50,232 nt of DNA from Actinomycetota bacterium. Its GTDB lineage: Bacteria > Actinomycetota > Acidimicrobiia > Actinomarinales > Actinomarinaceae. The stretch covers positions 1 through 50,232 of the forward strand of contig JAYZKG010000020.1 in the NCBI GenBank assembly GCA_036163695.1. The letters are read 5' to 3'. Below, piece by piece: positions 41,526 to 50,232 of the stretch. The position numbers and the translations under genes are program-made. Within the stretch, counting starts at the first letter, position 1; each line of letters starts with the position of its first letter. The notes below the pieces were generated by a model. The model was not told the DNA's origin. It was given only the letters and a program-made list of their open reading frames with translations, and did no database searches.

Positions 41526-42576
41526 ATATATCTTATCTAAGAAATCTTCATTAAATGAACTTGCTACTCTATACTCTTTTTTAATTGGGCTTTTGATAGC
41601 GTTTATAATTGGCTCAATAATTTTGATTTTACAAGGACAAAACCCTATAGATGTATTTTCTCTAATGCTTAAGCTTTCAGTTGGAAGTTTCAACAGCATA
41701 AGCTCATCATTAAATAAAGCTATTCCTCTAATTCTTGCAGGCTTAGGTATAGCAATAATCAATACTGTAAAGTTGTGGAACATCGGAGCAGAGGGCCAAA
41801 TTTTCTTAGGAGCTATATTTGTAAACTTGATATATATAAATACTGACTTTAATTCTCCATCAATTCATATTATTGTTTTATTAATTTCTGGATTCATTGG
41901 TGGATCAGTTTGTATCCTCATTCCTGCAATTACAAAAGTGGTCTTTGGAGTGAATGAGATTATCACAACTCTACTAACTAACTACATCATTATTGGTATA
42001 ACAATCTATCTTATTAATGGTCCTTGGAAAGACCCGAACTCTTTGAGCTTCCCTGTAGCTGCGTATGTAGGAGAGGAAGTTTATTTACCAACAATTGGTG
42101 AAAAGCTGAGTGCAGGGTTCTTAATTTGTGTACTTTTCACAATTGGAGCATATTATTTAATTGATAAATCAGTATTTGGATATGAAATGAGAATTGCTGG
42201 AGGATCTGTAATGACAGCAATCTATGCAGGAATAAATGCAAAACAGAAAGCTTTCCTTGCAATGCTAATTGGAGGAGGTTTTGCAGGGTTAGCTGGAGCT
42301 ATAGAACTACTAAGCCAAACACATAGAGTTTCCACTGGAATTTCTCAAGGTTTTGGCTATACAGCCATTATTGTTGCTGCAATAACTGGTATGAGACCTA
42401 TTGGGATTTTCCTAGTTGGCTCATTATTTGGAGCCCTGACTATAGGCGGCTCTGTAATTCAAACAATAGGTGTAAGTGCTTATATAGCAGAAATAATTCA
42501 AGCACTTACTTTGTTTGGAGCATTGATTGCACAGTTTTTTTTCACATATGAAATTAAAGAGGTAGAAAATGGTTGA
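41518..42576 (+). CDS. ABC transporter permease (BPD_transp_2 type)
   Basis: 352 aa, polytopic. 8-nt overlap with the ATPase gene. It is a typical partner of BMP-type binding proteins. Confidence 0.85.
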   Translation: MSKYILSKKSSLNELATLYSFLIGLLIAFIIGSIILILQGQNPIDVFSLMLKLSVGSFNSISSSLNKAIPLILAGLGIAIINTVKLWNIGAEGQIFLGAIFVNLIYINTDFNSPSIHIIVLLISGFIGGSVCILIPAITKVVFGVNEIITTLLTNYIIIGITIYLINGPWKDPNSLSFPVAAYVGEEVYLPTIGEKLSAGFLICVLFTIGAYYLIDKSVFGYEMRIAGGSVMTAIYAGINAKQKAFLAMLIGGGFAGLAGAIELLSQTHRVSTGISQGFGYTAIIVAAITGMRPIGIFLVGSLFGALTIGGSVIQTIGVSAYIAEIIQALTLFGALIAQFFFTYEIKEVENG

Positions 42577-43492
42577 TGTACAATTAATGGGTTTACTGAA
42601 TGCTACCTTGCAAGCAGCAACCCTCCTTTTTGTTGCTGCCCTTGGTGAGCTCATTACTGAAAAATCAGGTATATTGAACCTCGGTGTAGAAGGAATGATT
42701 TCGGTTGGTGCAGTAGCCGGGTTCATAACTGCTGTAAACACAGAAAATCTGATTTTATCTATCTTCGTTGGAATCCTAGCAGCATCTATATTCTCTTCTG
42801 TACATGCTTTTGTAACAGTTATTTTAAAACAAGACCAAACTGTTTCAGGATTAATATTAACAATTCTTGGACTTGCCCTTTCAGCACTTTTAGGGAAAAA
42901 CTATATAGGAAGAAAGCTTAATGTAAAAATTGAAAGTGTAGGAAAAATATCTGAACCCTCCAATGTAATTGAAGTATTGTTAAATCAAAACATAATCTTC
43001 TACATAGCAATTGTTCTAATGGTAAGCACTGCTTATATATTAAAAAATACTATGTTTGGTAGGAGGTTCCAGGCAGTTGGAGAAGATTCAAAGTCATCTG
43101 ACTCAATGGGCTTAAATATAGTAAAAACTCAATTCATTGCTACATGTGTTGGAGGAGCATTCGCAGGACTTGCAGGAGTATACCTAACTCTTAGCTATGT
43201 TCCATATTGGACTGATGGAATGACATCTGGAAGAGGATGGATAGCACTTGCTCTAGTTATTTTTGGGGGTTGGAAGCCATACAGAACAGCATTTGGAGCA
43301 CTTATATTTGGCTTCCTTGAGGCACTAGTCCCTCGCTTACAAACTTACGGATTTGAGCTGAGTCCGTATTTATTAAGAATCACACCATACCTAATAACAA
43401 TTATTGTTCTAGTAGTCTTAACAATTTACAAAGAAGGAGAGACGGGTGCTCCGCGAAATATTGGAAAACCTTTCTTCAGAGAAAATAGGTGA
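42569..43492 (+). CDS. ABC transporter permease (second subunit)
   Basis: 307 aa, polytopic. 8-nt overlap with the preceding permease gene. Confidence 0.85.
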   Translation: MVDVQLMGLLNATLQAATLLFVAALGELITEKSGILNLGVEGMISVGAVAGFITAVNTENLILSIFVGILAASIFSSVHAFVTVILKQDQTVSGLILTILGLALSALLGKNYIGRKLNVKIESVGKISEPSNVIEVLLNQNIIFYIAIVLMVSTAYILKNTMFGRRFQAVGEDSKSSDSMGLNIVKTQFIATCVGGAFAGLAGVYLTLSYVPYWTDGMTSGRGWIALALVIFGGWKPYRTAFGALIFGFLEALVPRLQTYGFELSPYLLRITPYLITIIVLVVLTIYKEGETGAPRNIGKPFFRENR

Positions 43493-43541
43493 TTAATTCA
43501 TCAAATATTTATGATCTTTGGTAACATATATACAGCTTTAA

Positions 43542-44048
43542 TTGATGCCTGTGAGCATCGAAAGGAAAATTTTGGAGATAGAAAAAACTCTTTATCGCCT
43601 CAGTAAAGAAATTACTGAATCCGACCTTGATAACCCTTTATTGATTGGTATACCAAGAAGAGGTGATTTACTAGCAAAAAGAATGTCTGACTATCTCGTT
43701 GAACTTAAGTTCACTCATGAATTAGATACAGTAAATTACAGACCTTTCAGAGATGATATTGAAGAAAATATAGAGAAAACCCACTTAACTATTTCACCAC
43801 AAGATAGGAATGTAATACTTGTTGATGATGTTATCTACACTGGAAGAACGCTCCGCTCCTCCATAGAAGCAGTCATTTATTCAGGAAGGCCAAAATCAAT
43901 AACTCTAACATGTCTAATTGACAGAGGTCATAGAGAGCTTCCTATTTCCCCAAAATTTGTTGGAAAGAATATTCCTACAAATGAAAGTGAGTATGTATCT
44001 GTGTTACTGAAAGAGATTGATAAAGAAGATAGGGTGGAGATTCATTAA
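43542..44048 (+). CDS. pyrR: Bifunctional pyrimidine operon regulator / uracil phosphoribosyltransferase PyrR
   Basis: 168 aa with the PRPP loop VILVDDVIYTGRTLRSSIEA and LIDRGHRELPI. The start is TTG at 43542 or the adjacent ATG at 43545. Confidence 0.9.
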   Translation: MMPVSIERKILEIEKTLYRLSKEITESDLDNPLLIGIPRRGDLLAKRMSDYLVELKFTHELDTVNYRPFRDDIEENIEKTHLTISPQDRNVILVDDVIYTGRTLRSSIEAVIYSGRPKSITLTCLIDRGHRELPISPKFVGKNIPTNESEYVSVLLKEIDKEDRVEIH

Positions 44049-44930
44049 ATGGCTAAGCATTTGTTGGACTTTCAAGATTTATCTAAAAAAGAGATAGAAA
44101 AACTTATTGAGTCAACACAAAAAATAGATATAAACTCTATGAAACAAACAAGTTCTTTAAGCCTACTCAAATTTGATGAACCATCGACAAGAACGAGGCT
44201 CGCTTTCTCTGTAGCTGCACATAAGCTAGGTATGAAAACTTTTGAATCAAACGATGCCATCTCTTCGAAAATAAAAGGAGAAGAGTTAGAACATGAAATA
44301 GAGACCTATAAGTCTATGGGGATATCAACCCTAGTCATAAGAACAAAGGATGAAAATATTCATGAGTATAAGGAGTGCAAAGATATTTCCATAATTAGTG
44401 CTGGATTTGGTACCTTATCGCACCCCACTCAAGCTATATTGGATGCAGCAACATTAAATAAGTTTAATAAACTCAAATCCAAGATACCTATTACTTATAT
44501 TGGTGATGTCAGGAGATCCCGTGTTTTTGAATCTGGAAGAGAGCTGTTGTCTAAACTTGGCTACAAAGTCGGAGTATTTACTCATGAAGATTTCTTACCA
44601 GAGGATATAAGTAATGTAGAGATACTTAATAGCTGGGATGAAGTATTCGATGCTTGTAGTGCAATTGAACTACTGAGGGTGCAGAAGGAAAGAGTAGATA
44701 ATCTTGATGACTTGGACATAGATAACTACATAAATAATTTTCAAGTTAATGAGTCTATTTTGAACAAGACAAGAAAAGAGTTTATTGTGATGCACCCAAT
44801 GGCTATAAATGTTGGAATTGAGATCTCAGAAGAAGCAGCAAAGAATGAAAAATTCAAATATAGAGACCAACTTGCATATGGAATATCATCAAGAATAACA
44901 TCCTACCTGTATTCAATGGAACAGATATGA
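44049..44930 (+). CDS. pyrB: Aspartate carbamoyltransferase catalytic subunit
   Basis: 293 aa with EPSTRTRLAF, HPTQ and MHP. It starts immediately after the pyrR stop, with no spacer. Confidence 0.9.
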   Translation: MAKHLLDFQDLSKKEIEKLIESTQKIDINSMKQTSSLSLLKFDEPSTRTRLAFSVAAHKLGMKTFESNDAISSKIKGEELEHEIETYKSMGISTLVIRTKDENIHEYKECKDISIISAGFGTLSHPTQAILDAATLNKFNKLKSKIPITYIGDVRRSRVFESGRELLSKLGYKVGVFTHEDFLPEDISNVEILNSWDEVFDACSAIELLRVQKERVDNLDDLDIDNYINNFQVNESILNKTRKEFIVMHPMAINVGIEISEEAAKNEKFKYRDQLAYGISSRITSYLYSMEQI

Positions 44931-45985
44931 TTGAAGTAGAGAGCTTTGTAGATTTACACACCCATACAAGATATCCTGATTTAAATAATTTTCCTGAAAA
45001 AGAAATAGAACTAGCAGCAGAGAATGGGGGTTATTCAGAAATATTAGCCATGCCTAATTCTGAAATTGTTATTGATAGCCTGCAGAATTTGCATAAAGCT
45101 GTATCAACAGATAATAAATTAGATATAAAAATACACAGAACAGGTGCATTGACAAAAAACCTGGAAGGTAAAGAGCTAGTCAATTATGAAGAATTAATTG
45201 ATCATGGGGTTTATATTTTTTCTGATGATGGGAAATCTTTGATTGATGATGATTTAGCAAATGAAGCATTTGAAAAGATTGGGAAATTAGGAGGAGCAAT
45301 ATTTCAACACTGTGAAAAAAACTGCTATTCTCAGCCCGGAGATATAGCACCTCCAAATCAAACAGATTCTCTAATCGCCATTAATGAATCTGAAGAATCA
45401 GATGTCCTTTTACGAGATATTAAATTAGTAGAAAAATATGGAACTAGGTACCATGCACAGCATATCTCCTCAAAGAATTGTGTAAATTATTTAAGGGAGG
45501 CAAAGAAAGATAATCTCCCTATATCTAGTGAGGTCACGCCTCATCATTTGCTAATTAATAACGAAGGATTAGATATTTCAAATGGTCAATTTAAGATGTT
45601 TCCACCTATTAGAACAGAAGAAGATAGGGCATCTTTAATTGAAGGCTTGAAAGACGCAACCATTGATGTAATCGCAACCGATCATGCTCCTCATCCTAAT
45701 AAAACAAAAGAAGTAAGCTTCAAGGAAGCAGCACGAGGAGTGGTGGGTTTGGAATCAGCATTCCCTATGTTGTATAGTTCAAATATCTTTTCAATTGAAG
45801 AGCTAGAGAAATATTTATCACACAATCCGAGGAAAATATTATCGGACATTGGCTATCAACTCACAGATACGAAAATAAATCACTGGCAAGAATGTAATAA
45901 GAAATACACCACTAAATCAAAATTTAACAACTCTGCTTTTGAAAATACAAAAACAAAAATTGAAAAGGCTAATCCAAATGTATAA
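44927..45985 (+). CDS. pyrC: Dihydroorotase (short form)
   Basis: 352 aa with DLHTHTR (HxH at residues 11-13), FSDDG, HAQHIS, TPHHL and ATDHAPH. ATGA overlap with pyrB. Confidence 0.85.
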   Translation: MIEVESFVDLHTHTRYPDLNNFPEKEIELAAENGGYSEILAMPNSEIVIDSLQNLHKAVSTDNKLDIKIHRTGALTKNLEGKELVNYEELIDHGVYIFSDDGKSLIDDDLANEAFEKIGKLGGAIFQHCEKNCYSQPGDIAPPNQTDSLIAINESEESDVLLRDIKLVEKYGTRYHAQHISSKNCVNYLREAKKDNLPISSEVTPHHLLINNEGLDISNGQFKMFPPIRTEEDRASLIEGLKDATIDVIATDHAPHPNKTKEVSFKEAARGVVGLESAFPMLYSSNIFSIEELEKYLSHNPRKILSDIGYQLTDTKINHWQECNKKYTTKSKFNNSAFENTKTKIEKANPNV

Positions 45986-47075
45986 ACAAGCCCTTCTTGT
46001 AAATAAAAATGGAGATGAATTTTTAGGTTGGACTACTGAAGTCTTCAAACCAACAACTGGCGAACTAATTTTCAATACTGCCATGACTGGATTTGTTGAA
46101 ATCTTAAGCGATCCATCATATATAAACCAAATGATTACATTTACCTCTTCTCACGTAGGGAACTACGGAATGTCTAAAGATGATTTTGAATCTAATGAGC
46201 CAAAAATAGAGGCGGCAATAGCTAATTCGTTTACTTATCAGCCATCTTCTTGGAGATCAGAAAAATCAATAACCGACTGGCTGAGAGAATATGAAATTCC
46301 ATTTAGCGGTGGCTTTGATGTTAGGGCGATAACAACTTATTTGAGAGACCATGGTTCAAACATGTATGCATTTGGAGTAGATGTAGATTCCAATGATTTA
46401 GTAGAGATGCTCAATAAGGCTAGGGATATTGTTGGAGACAATTCAGCACTAAGTGCAGGGAAGGGAAAAACAAAAGTTCAGAATGCGTCCGGAAAGATAG
46501 GAGTTCTTGATTTAGGTGCTAAAGAAAGCATAATAAATGTTTTGAGCACAAAAAAATATGAAACTGTTTTGATTGAACCAGAAACTAACCCAGATACAAT
46601 TTTGTCACTCGGATTAAGTGGGTTGCTAATTTCTAATGGTCCTGGAGACCCGAGATCATTGACTAAGGTGATAGAAAATATAAAAGAATTAATTGGTAAA
46701 TTGCCAATATTTGGAATCTGCCTTGGGCATCAAATACTTAGTCTTGCATGCGGGCTGAAAGTAAATAAACTCGAATTTGGCCACCATGGGTCTAACCATC
46801 CAGTAAAAATCAAAGGCTTAAAGAAAGCTTTGATTACTTCTCAGAATCATGGATTTAGCGTTGAGAATTTCGATGAACCCATAGAACATAAAGACTATGG
46901 AATTATTGATACCTATGCAACAAATTTAAACGATGGGAGTAATGAAGGAATAAGCATCTGGGACTCAGATGCTTATTCAGTTCAATTTCATCCAGAATCA
47001 GGACCAGGAACAACTGATGGTTTGCAAATATTTTCTCCATTTCTAGAAATGATTAAGGAAAAACATGCCAGCTAA
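45978..47075 (+). CDS. carA: Carbamoyl-phosphate synthase small (glutaminase) subunit
   Basis: I chose the start at ATG 45978 ([17 protein letters not shown]...), which overlaps the pyrC stop (ATGTATAA). Motifs are [23 protein letters not shown] and [10 protein letters not shown]. Confidence 0.9.
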   Translation: MYKQALLVNKNGDEFLGWTTEVFKPTTGELIFNTAMTGFVEILSDPSYINQMITFTSSHVGNYGMSKDDFESNEPKIEAAIANSFTYQPSSWRSEKSITDWLREYEIPFSGGFDVRAITTYLRDHGSNMYAFGVDVDSNDLVEMLNKARDIVGDNSALSAGKGKTKVQNASGKIGVLDLGAKESIINVLSTKKYETVLIEPETNPDTILSLGLSGLLISNGPGDPRSLTKVIENIKELIGKLPIFGICLGHQILSLACGLKVNKLEFGHHGSNHPVKIKGLKKALITSQNHGFSVENFDEPIEHKDYGIIDTYATNLNDGSNEGISIWDSDAYSVQFHPESGPGTTDGLQIFSPFLEMIKEKHAS

Positions 47076-50000
47076 TAAAGATATACAAAGCATTTTAATT
47101 ATTGGCTCTGGGCCAATTGTGATAGGACAAGCGTGTGAATTTGACTACTCTGGCTCACAAGCAGCTAAAGCATTGAAAAGTGAAGGTTATAGAGTTGTGC
47201 TGGTGAACTCAAACCCAGCAACTATTATGACTGATCCCGTAATGGCTGATGCGACATATATTGAACCTTTGACACCGAGCTTTATAGAAAGAATTATTGA
47301 AAAAGAGAAGCCAGATGCTGTTTTACCTACTTTAGGAGGGCAAACTGCACTGAATCTCTCTATGGAACTTAGTAGAAAAGGAGTTTTCGAAAAAAATGGA
47401 GTCGAACTTCTTGGGGCAACAGCTGAAGCAATAGATATAGCAGAGAATAGGTGGAAATTTAAGGAGGCAATGGAAAACGTGGGCATTAAGACTCTAGAAG
47501 CAGTATATGCGAAAAGCTTCGAAGAAGGGATGGAAGCTAGTAAAAGCATAGGCTACCCCTTAATGCTTAGGCCATCCTTTATCCTCGGAGGTGGAGGAAC
47601 CGGAGTAGCTCATAATGAGGATGAATTAAAGAAAAAATTAAAAGATGCATTCACAGCTTCTCCGACTCAAGAAGTATTAATTGAAGAGTCTGTCTATGGT
47701 TGGAAAGAGTTTGAACTAGAAGTTATGAGAGACACTGATGGGAATGGTGTGATTGTTTGTGGGATAGAAAATTTTGACCCAATGGGGGTTCATACTGGAG
47801 ACTCAATTACCGTTGCGCCAATACAAACTTTATCAGATAAAGAGTACCAAATAATGAGGGATGAGGCCTTGCTTTGCTTGGACACTATAGGGATTGCTAC
47901 TGGAGGAAGTAATGTTCAGTTTGCAATAAACCCACTAAATGGAGATAGACGAATTATTGAAATGAATCCAAGAGTTTCTAGGTCATCTGCACTAGCTTCA
48001 AAAGCTACTGGCTTCCCTATAGCTAAATTTGCTGCTCTTTTAGCTGTCGGATACAATCTTACTGAATTAACAAACGACATCACAGGCACAACCCCAGCAA
48101 GTTTCGAACCTGTTCAAGATTATGTCGTAGTAAAAATTCCACGATTTGATTTCCCTAAATTTCCATCTACAGATGATGTTTTAGGTACATCTATGCAGAG
48201 TGTTGGAGAAGTTATGTCAATTGCTTCAACATTTACTGAAAGTCTAACAAAAGCTATACGATCACTTGAGATTGGTAAAACTGGAATAAGAAATATTGAT
48301 ACGAGATTTATTAACTTCGATAAAAACCAGCTTCAAGAAGAAATTAGTATTCCTCGTCCAAGAAGAATATTTGCGATTTTTGAAGCAATTAGAAGAAACT
48401 GGCCAGTTGATCATATCGCAGAATTATCAAAAATTGACCCATGGTTCCTAAGAGAAATAGAGAAAAGCTTTAGTGCTAATCCTGATGAAACACCTACGTC
48501 AATACTCAAAATGTTGGGTTGGACAAATGAAGACTTGGATAACAAAGATGCAAAGAAAGAGTTAAATAAGAACAGAGTATATAAACTCGTTGATACCTGT
48601 TCTGCTGAATTTGTATCAAAAACCCCATATTTGTACTCTACAAACGGAACTTCAGATGATGATGCAGCATCTGATAAGCAGAAAGTTATCGTAATTGGCT
48701 CTGGACCAAACAGAATAGGGCAAGGAATAGAGTTTGATTATTGCTGTGTACATGGTGTGGGTTCGTTGAAGGAAAATGGATATGAAGCAATCATGATAAA
48801 CTCAAACCCTGAGACTGTGTCAACAGATTACGATACTGCGGATAAGTTATATTTTGAACCATTGTCATGGAATGAAGTTCAATCAGTCTTAAATAGAGAA
48901 AAACCTGATTCAGTAATCATCCAACTTGGAGGACAAACCCCTCTCAAGCTTGCGAGAGATATCCATAATGCAGGTTTTAATATTGCAGGATCCTCACTAG
49001 ATGTGATTGACTCTACAGAAGATAGAGATTTATTTCAAAAATTATGCTTATCTCAAGACATTAAGCAACCTTTGTCAAAAATTGCAAACAATGAAACAGA
49101 ACTAGTGAATGCAGTAAGTGAAATAGGTTATCCCGTTTTACTTAGACCAAGCTATGTACTTGGAGGAAGAGCGATGAGAGTAGTCCAGAATGAAGATGAG
49201 CTAAACAACTACCTCGACATATTGGCAAGCGGGGATGAAGACGGTAATCCATTTAAGTCTGGTCCACTTTTAGTCGATGAATTCTTAACAGAAACAATAG
49301 AGATTGATGTTGACTTAATTTCCGATGGTGAAAATGTATTTATAGCAGGAATATTAGAGCATCTAGAACCAGCTGGTGTACATAGTGGAGACTCTACTGC
49401 AGTAATTCCTCCATTTAGTATTGATAATTCACTGATTAAAGAAATTGAAGAAAAAAGTATAAAGCTTGCCTTAGCTCTTAATGTGAAAGGGCTATTAAAT
49501 ATACAGTTTGCAATTAAGGATGGGGAATTATTCATTCTTGAAGCTAATCCAAGAGCTTCGAGAACCATGCCATTCGTTGCAAAAGTAACTGGAAATCAAA
49601 TAATAAAAGCAGGAACACTCTTAATGCTCGGATATTCAATAGAAGAAATAAAAGAGAAAACTAGTTATTTAGATAGCACTACAGAGAAGATTGCAATAAA
49701 GAAAGCCATATTCCCTTGGTCAAGATTCCCAGCAGAAGACACCATGCTAGGGCCAGAAATGAAAGCAACGGGTGAAGTACTTGGAATAGGCAAAGATTTT
49801 GGAACAGCACTAAATAAAGCATATGCTGCAGCTGGTGTCGAAATCGGTGATAAAGAGAAAGGTGTTTTTGTTACATTAAGTGACGCTGAAAAACCGAATT
49901 TTATTGAGGTAGTGAATAAATATATTGATTTAGAGTTTTCTATTTATGCAACGGAGGGAACAGCAAGCTTCCTAAAAGAAAATAATATAGAATCCATAAT

Positions 50001-50232
50001 TGTTGGAAGAGCGGACGATGAATCACCAACTTCATTAACAATTATTGAGGAGAAATTAATCTCTATAGTCATTAACACACCTACATTTGCAAATGAATAT
50101 ACCGACGGTTGGAAAATTAGAAGACTATCTCATGAAACAGGTGTTGCTGTTGTTTCTTCAGTTAGAGAAGCTGAAGCGTTTCTAGAAGCTTTCTTATTAC
50201 AAGAAAAAGTATTAGACGATATGGAGGCAATA
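47065..50232 (+). CDS. carB: Carbamoyl-phosphate synthase large subunit, 3'-partial (1056 codons, runs off the window)
   Basis: Missing from the ORF track because there is no stop in the window. ATG 47065 gives [33 protein letters not shown], the canonical CarB N-terminus. A second ATP-grasp half begins at about 48690 ([23 protein letters not shown]). The frame is open to 50232. 11-nt overlap with carA. Confidence 0.95.
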   Translation, partial: MPANKDIQSILIIGSGPIVIGQACEFDYSGSQAAKALKSEGYRVVLVNSNPATIMTDPVMADATYIEPLTPSFIERIIEKEKPDAVLPTLGGQTALNLSMELSRKGVFEKNGVELLGATAEAIDIAENRWKFKEAMENVGIKTLEAVYAKSFEEGMEASKSIGYPLMLRPSFILGGGGTGVAHNEDELKKKLKDAFTASPTQEVLIEESVYGWKEFELEVMRDTDGNGVIVCGIENFDPMGVHTGDSITVAPIQTLSDKEYQIMRDEALLCLDTIGIATGGSNVQFAINPLNGDRRIIEMNPRVSRSSALASKATGFPIAKFAALLAVGYNLTELTNDITGTTPASFEPVQDYVVVKIPRFDFPKFPSTDDVLGTSMQSVGEVMSIASTFTESLTKAIRSLEIGKTGIRNIDTRFINFDKNQLQEEISIPRPRRIFAIFEAIRRNWPVDHIAELSKIDPWFLREIEKSFSANPDETPTSILKMLGWTNEDLDNKDAKKELNKNRVYKLVDTCSAEFVSKTPYLYSTNGTSDDDAASDKQKVIVIGSGPNRIGQGIEFDYCCVHGVGSLKENGYEAIMINSNPETVSTDYDTADKLYFEPLSWNEVQSVLNREKPDSVIIQLGGQTPLKLARDIHNAGFNIAGSSLDVIDSTEDRDLFQKLCLSQDIKQPLSKIANNETELVNAVSEIGYPVLLRPSYVLGGRAMRVVQNEDELNNYLDILASGDEDGNPFKSGPLLVDEFLTETIEIDVDLISDGENVFIAGILEHLEPAGVHSGDSTAVIPPFSIDNSLIKEIEEKSIKLALALNVKGLLNIQFAIKDGELFILEANPRASRTMPFVAKVTGNQIIKAGTLLMLGYSIEEIKEKTSYLDSTTEKIAIKKAIFPWSRFPAEDTMLGPEMKATGEVLGIGKDFGTALNKAYAAAGVEIGDKEKGVFVTLSDAEKPNFIEVVNKYIDLEFSIYATEGTASFLKENNIESIIVGRADDESPTSLTIIEEKLISIVINTPTFANEYTDGWKIRRLSHETGVAVVSSVREAEAFLEAFLLQEKVLDDMEAI

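Noticed and set aside
43471-43484. TTTCT-tcag-AGAAA hairpin with a CAGAGA core considered as a PyrR-binding loop
   Set aside because: The stem is only 5 bp and lies inside the permease coding sequence. It lacks the CCAGAGAGG core and the flanking conserved purines of the PyrR element. It is probably chance.
47187-49568. Two ~120-aa minus-strand ORFs (47187..47549 and 49209..49568), the only track ORFs in the last 3 kb
   Set aside because: Both lie antisense inside the unlisted but unmistakable carB reading frame (47065..50232, open to the window end). The apparent lack of a gene here is an artefact of the ORF caller needing a stop codon.

Overview
This is a very compact window: by my coordinate arithmetic about 97% is coding. 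It is AT-rich, roughly one-third G+C by eye, and holds about 45 protein genes. I found no rRNA, tRNA, CRISPR array, integrase, transposase or obvious prophage or defence module.

Gene content and local synteny point to a genome-streamlined, low-GC actinobacterium, for example a marine Actinomarinales-like lineage. The supporting features are cofD-cofE, a class A PBP with C-terminal PASTA domains, pepA near an E2-lipB-lipA block, and pyrR-pyrB-pyrC-carA-carB. This placement is inference only.

Layout:
- 1-2.2 kb: a small zinc-ribbon protein coupled to a membrane protein, then F420 genes cofD and cofE.
- 2.2-6.4 kb, minus-strand operon: prpC, prpD, a sugar nucleotidyltransferase and an epimerase.
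- 6.5-14.5 kb, cell wall and peptidase genes: PBP1A, pepA, a membrane protein and a large SpoIID/LytB-type protein.
- 14.5-22.7 kb, minus strand: lpd, fused E1 alpha/beta, E2, fused lipB-lipA and tkt.
- 23-28.3 kb: MBL hydrolase, crotonase, acyl-CoA dehydrogenase and sufC-sufS-sufE.
- 28.3-38.9 kb, the least housekeeping part: a repeat-bearing lipoprotein, orphan proteins, a penicillin/AHL-acylase family protein, tryptophanase, an S9 peptidase, a divergent thymidylate-synthase-fold protein, an esterase, a small membrane protein and a Gpt-like phosphoribosyltransferase.
- 38.9-50.2 kb: a BMP-type nucleoside ABC importer and the pyrimidine operon. carB is absent from the ORF track because it runs off the window end.

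I did not recognise a complete, clearly novel multi-gene system. The most unusual items are:
- a truncated, divergent TS-fold protein in a nucleotide-themed cluster;
- an acidic insertion of about 169 aa inside the PBP transpeptidase domain;
- a lipB-lipA gene fusion;
- an apparently circularly permuted SpoIID domain;
- a stand-alone CofE;
- sufCSE without sufBD;
- perfect in-frame tandem repeats in a lipoprotein.

All family calls come from motif recognition by eye. No database search was run.
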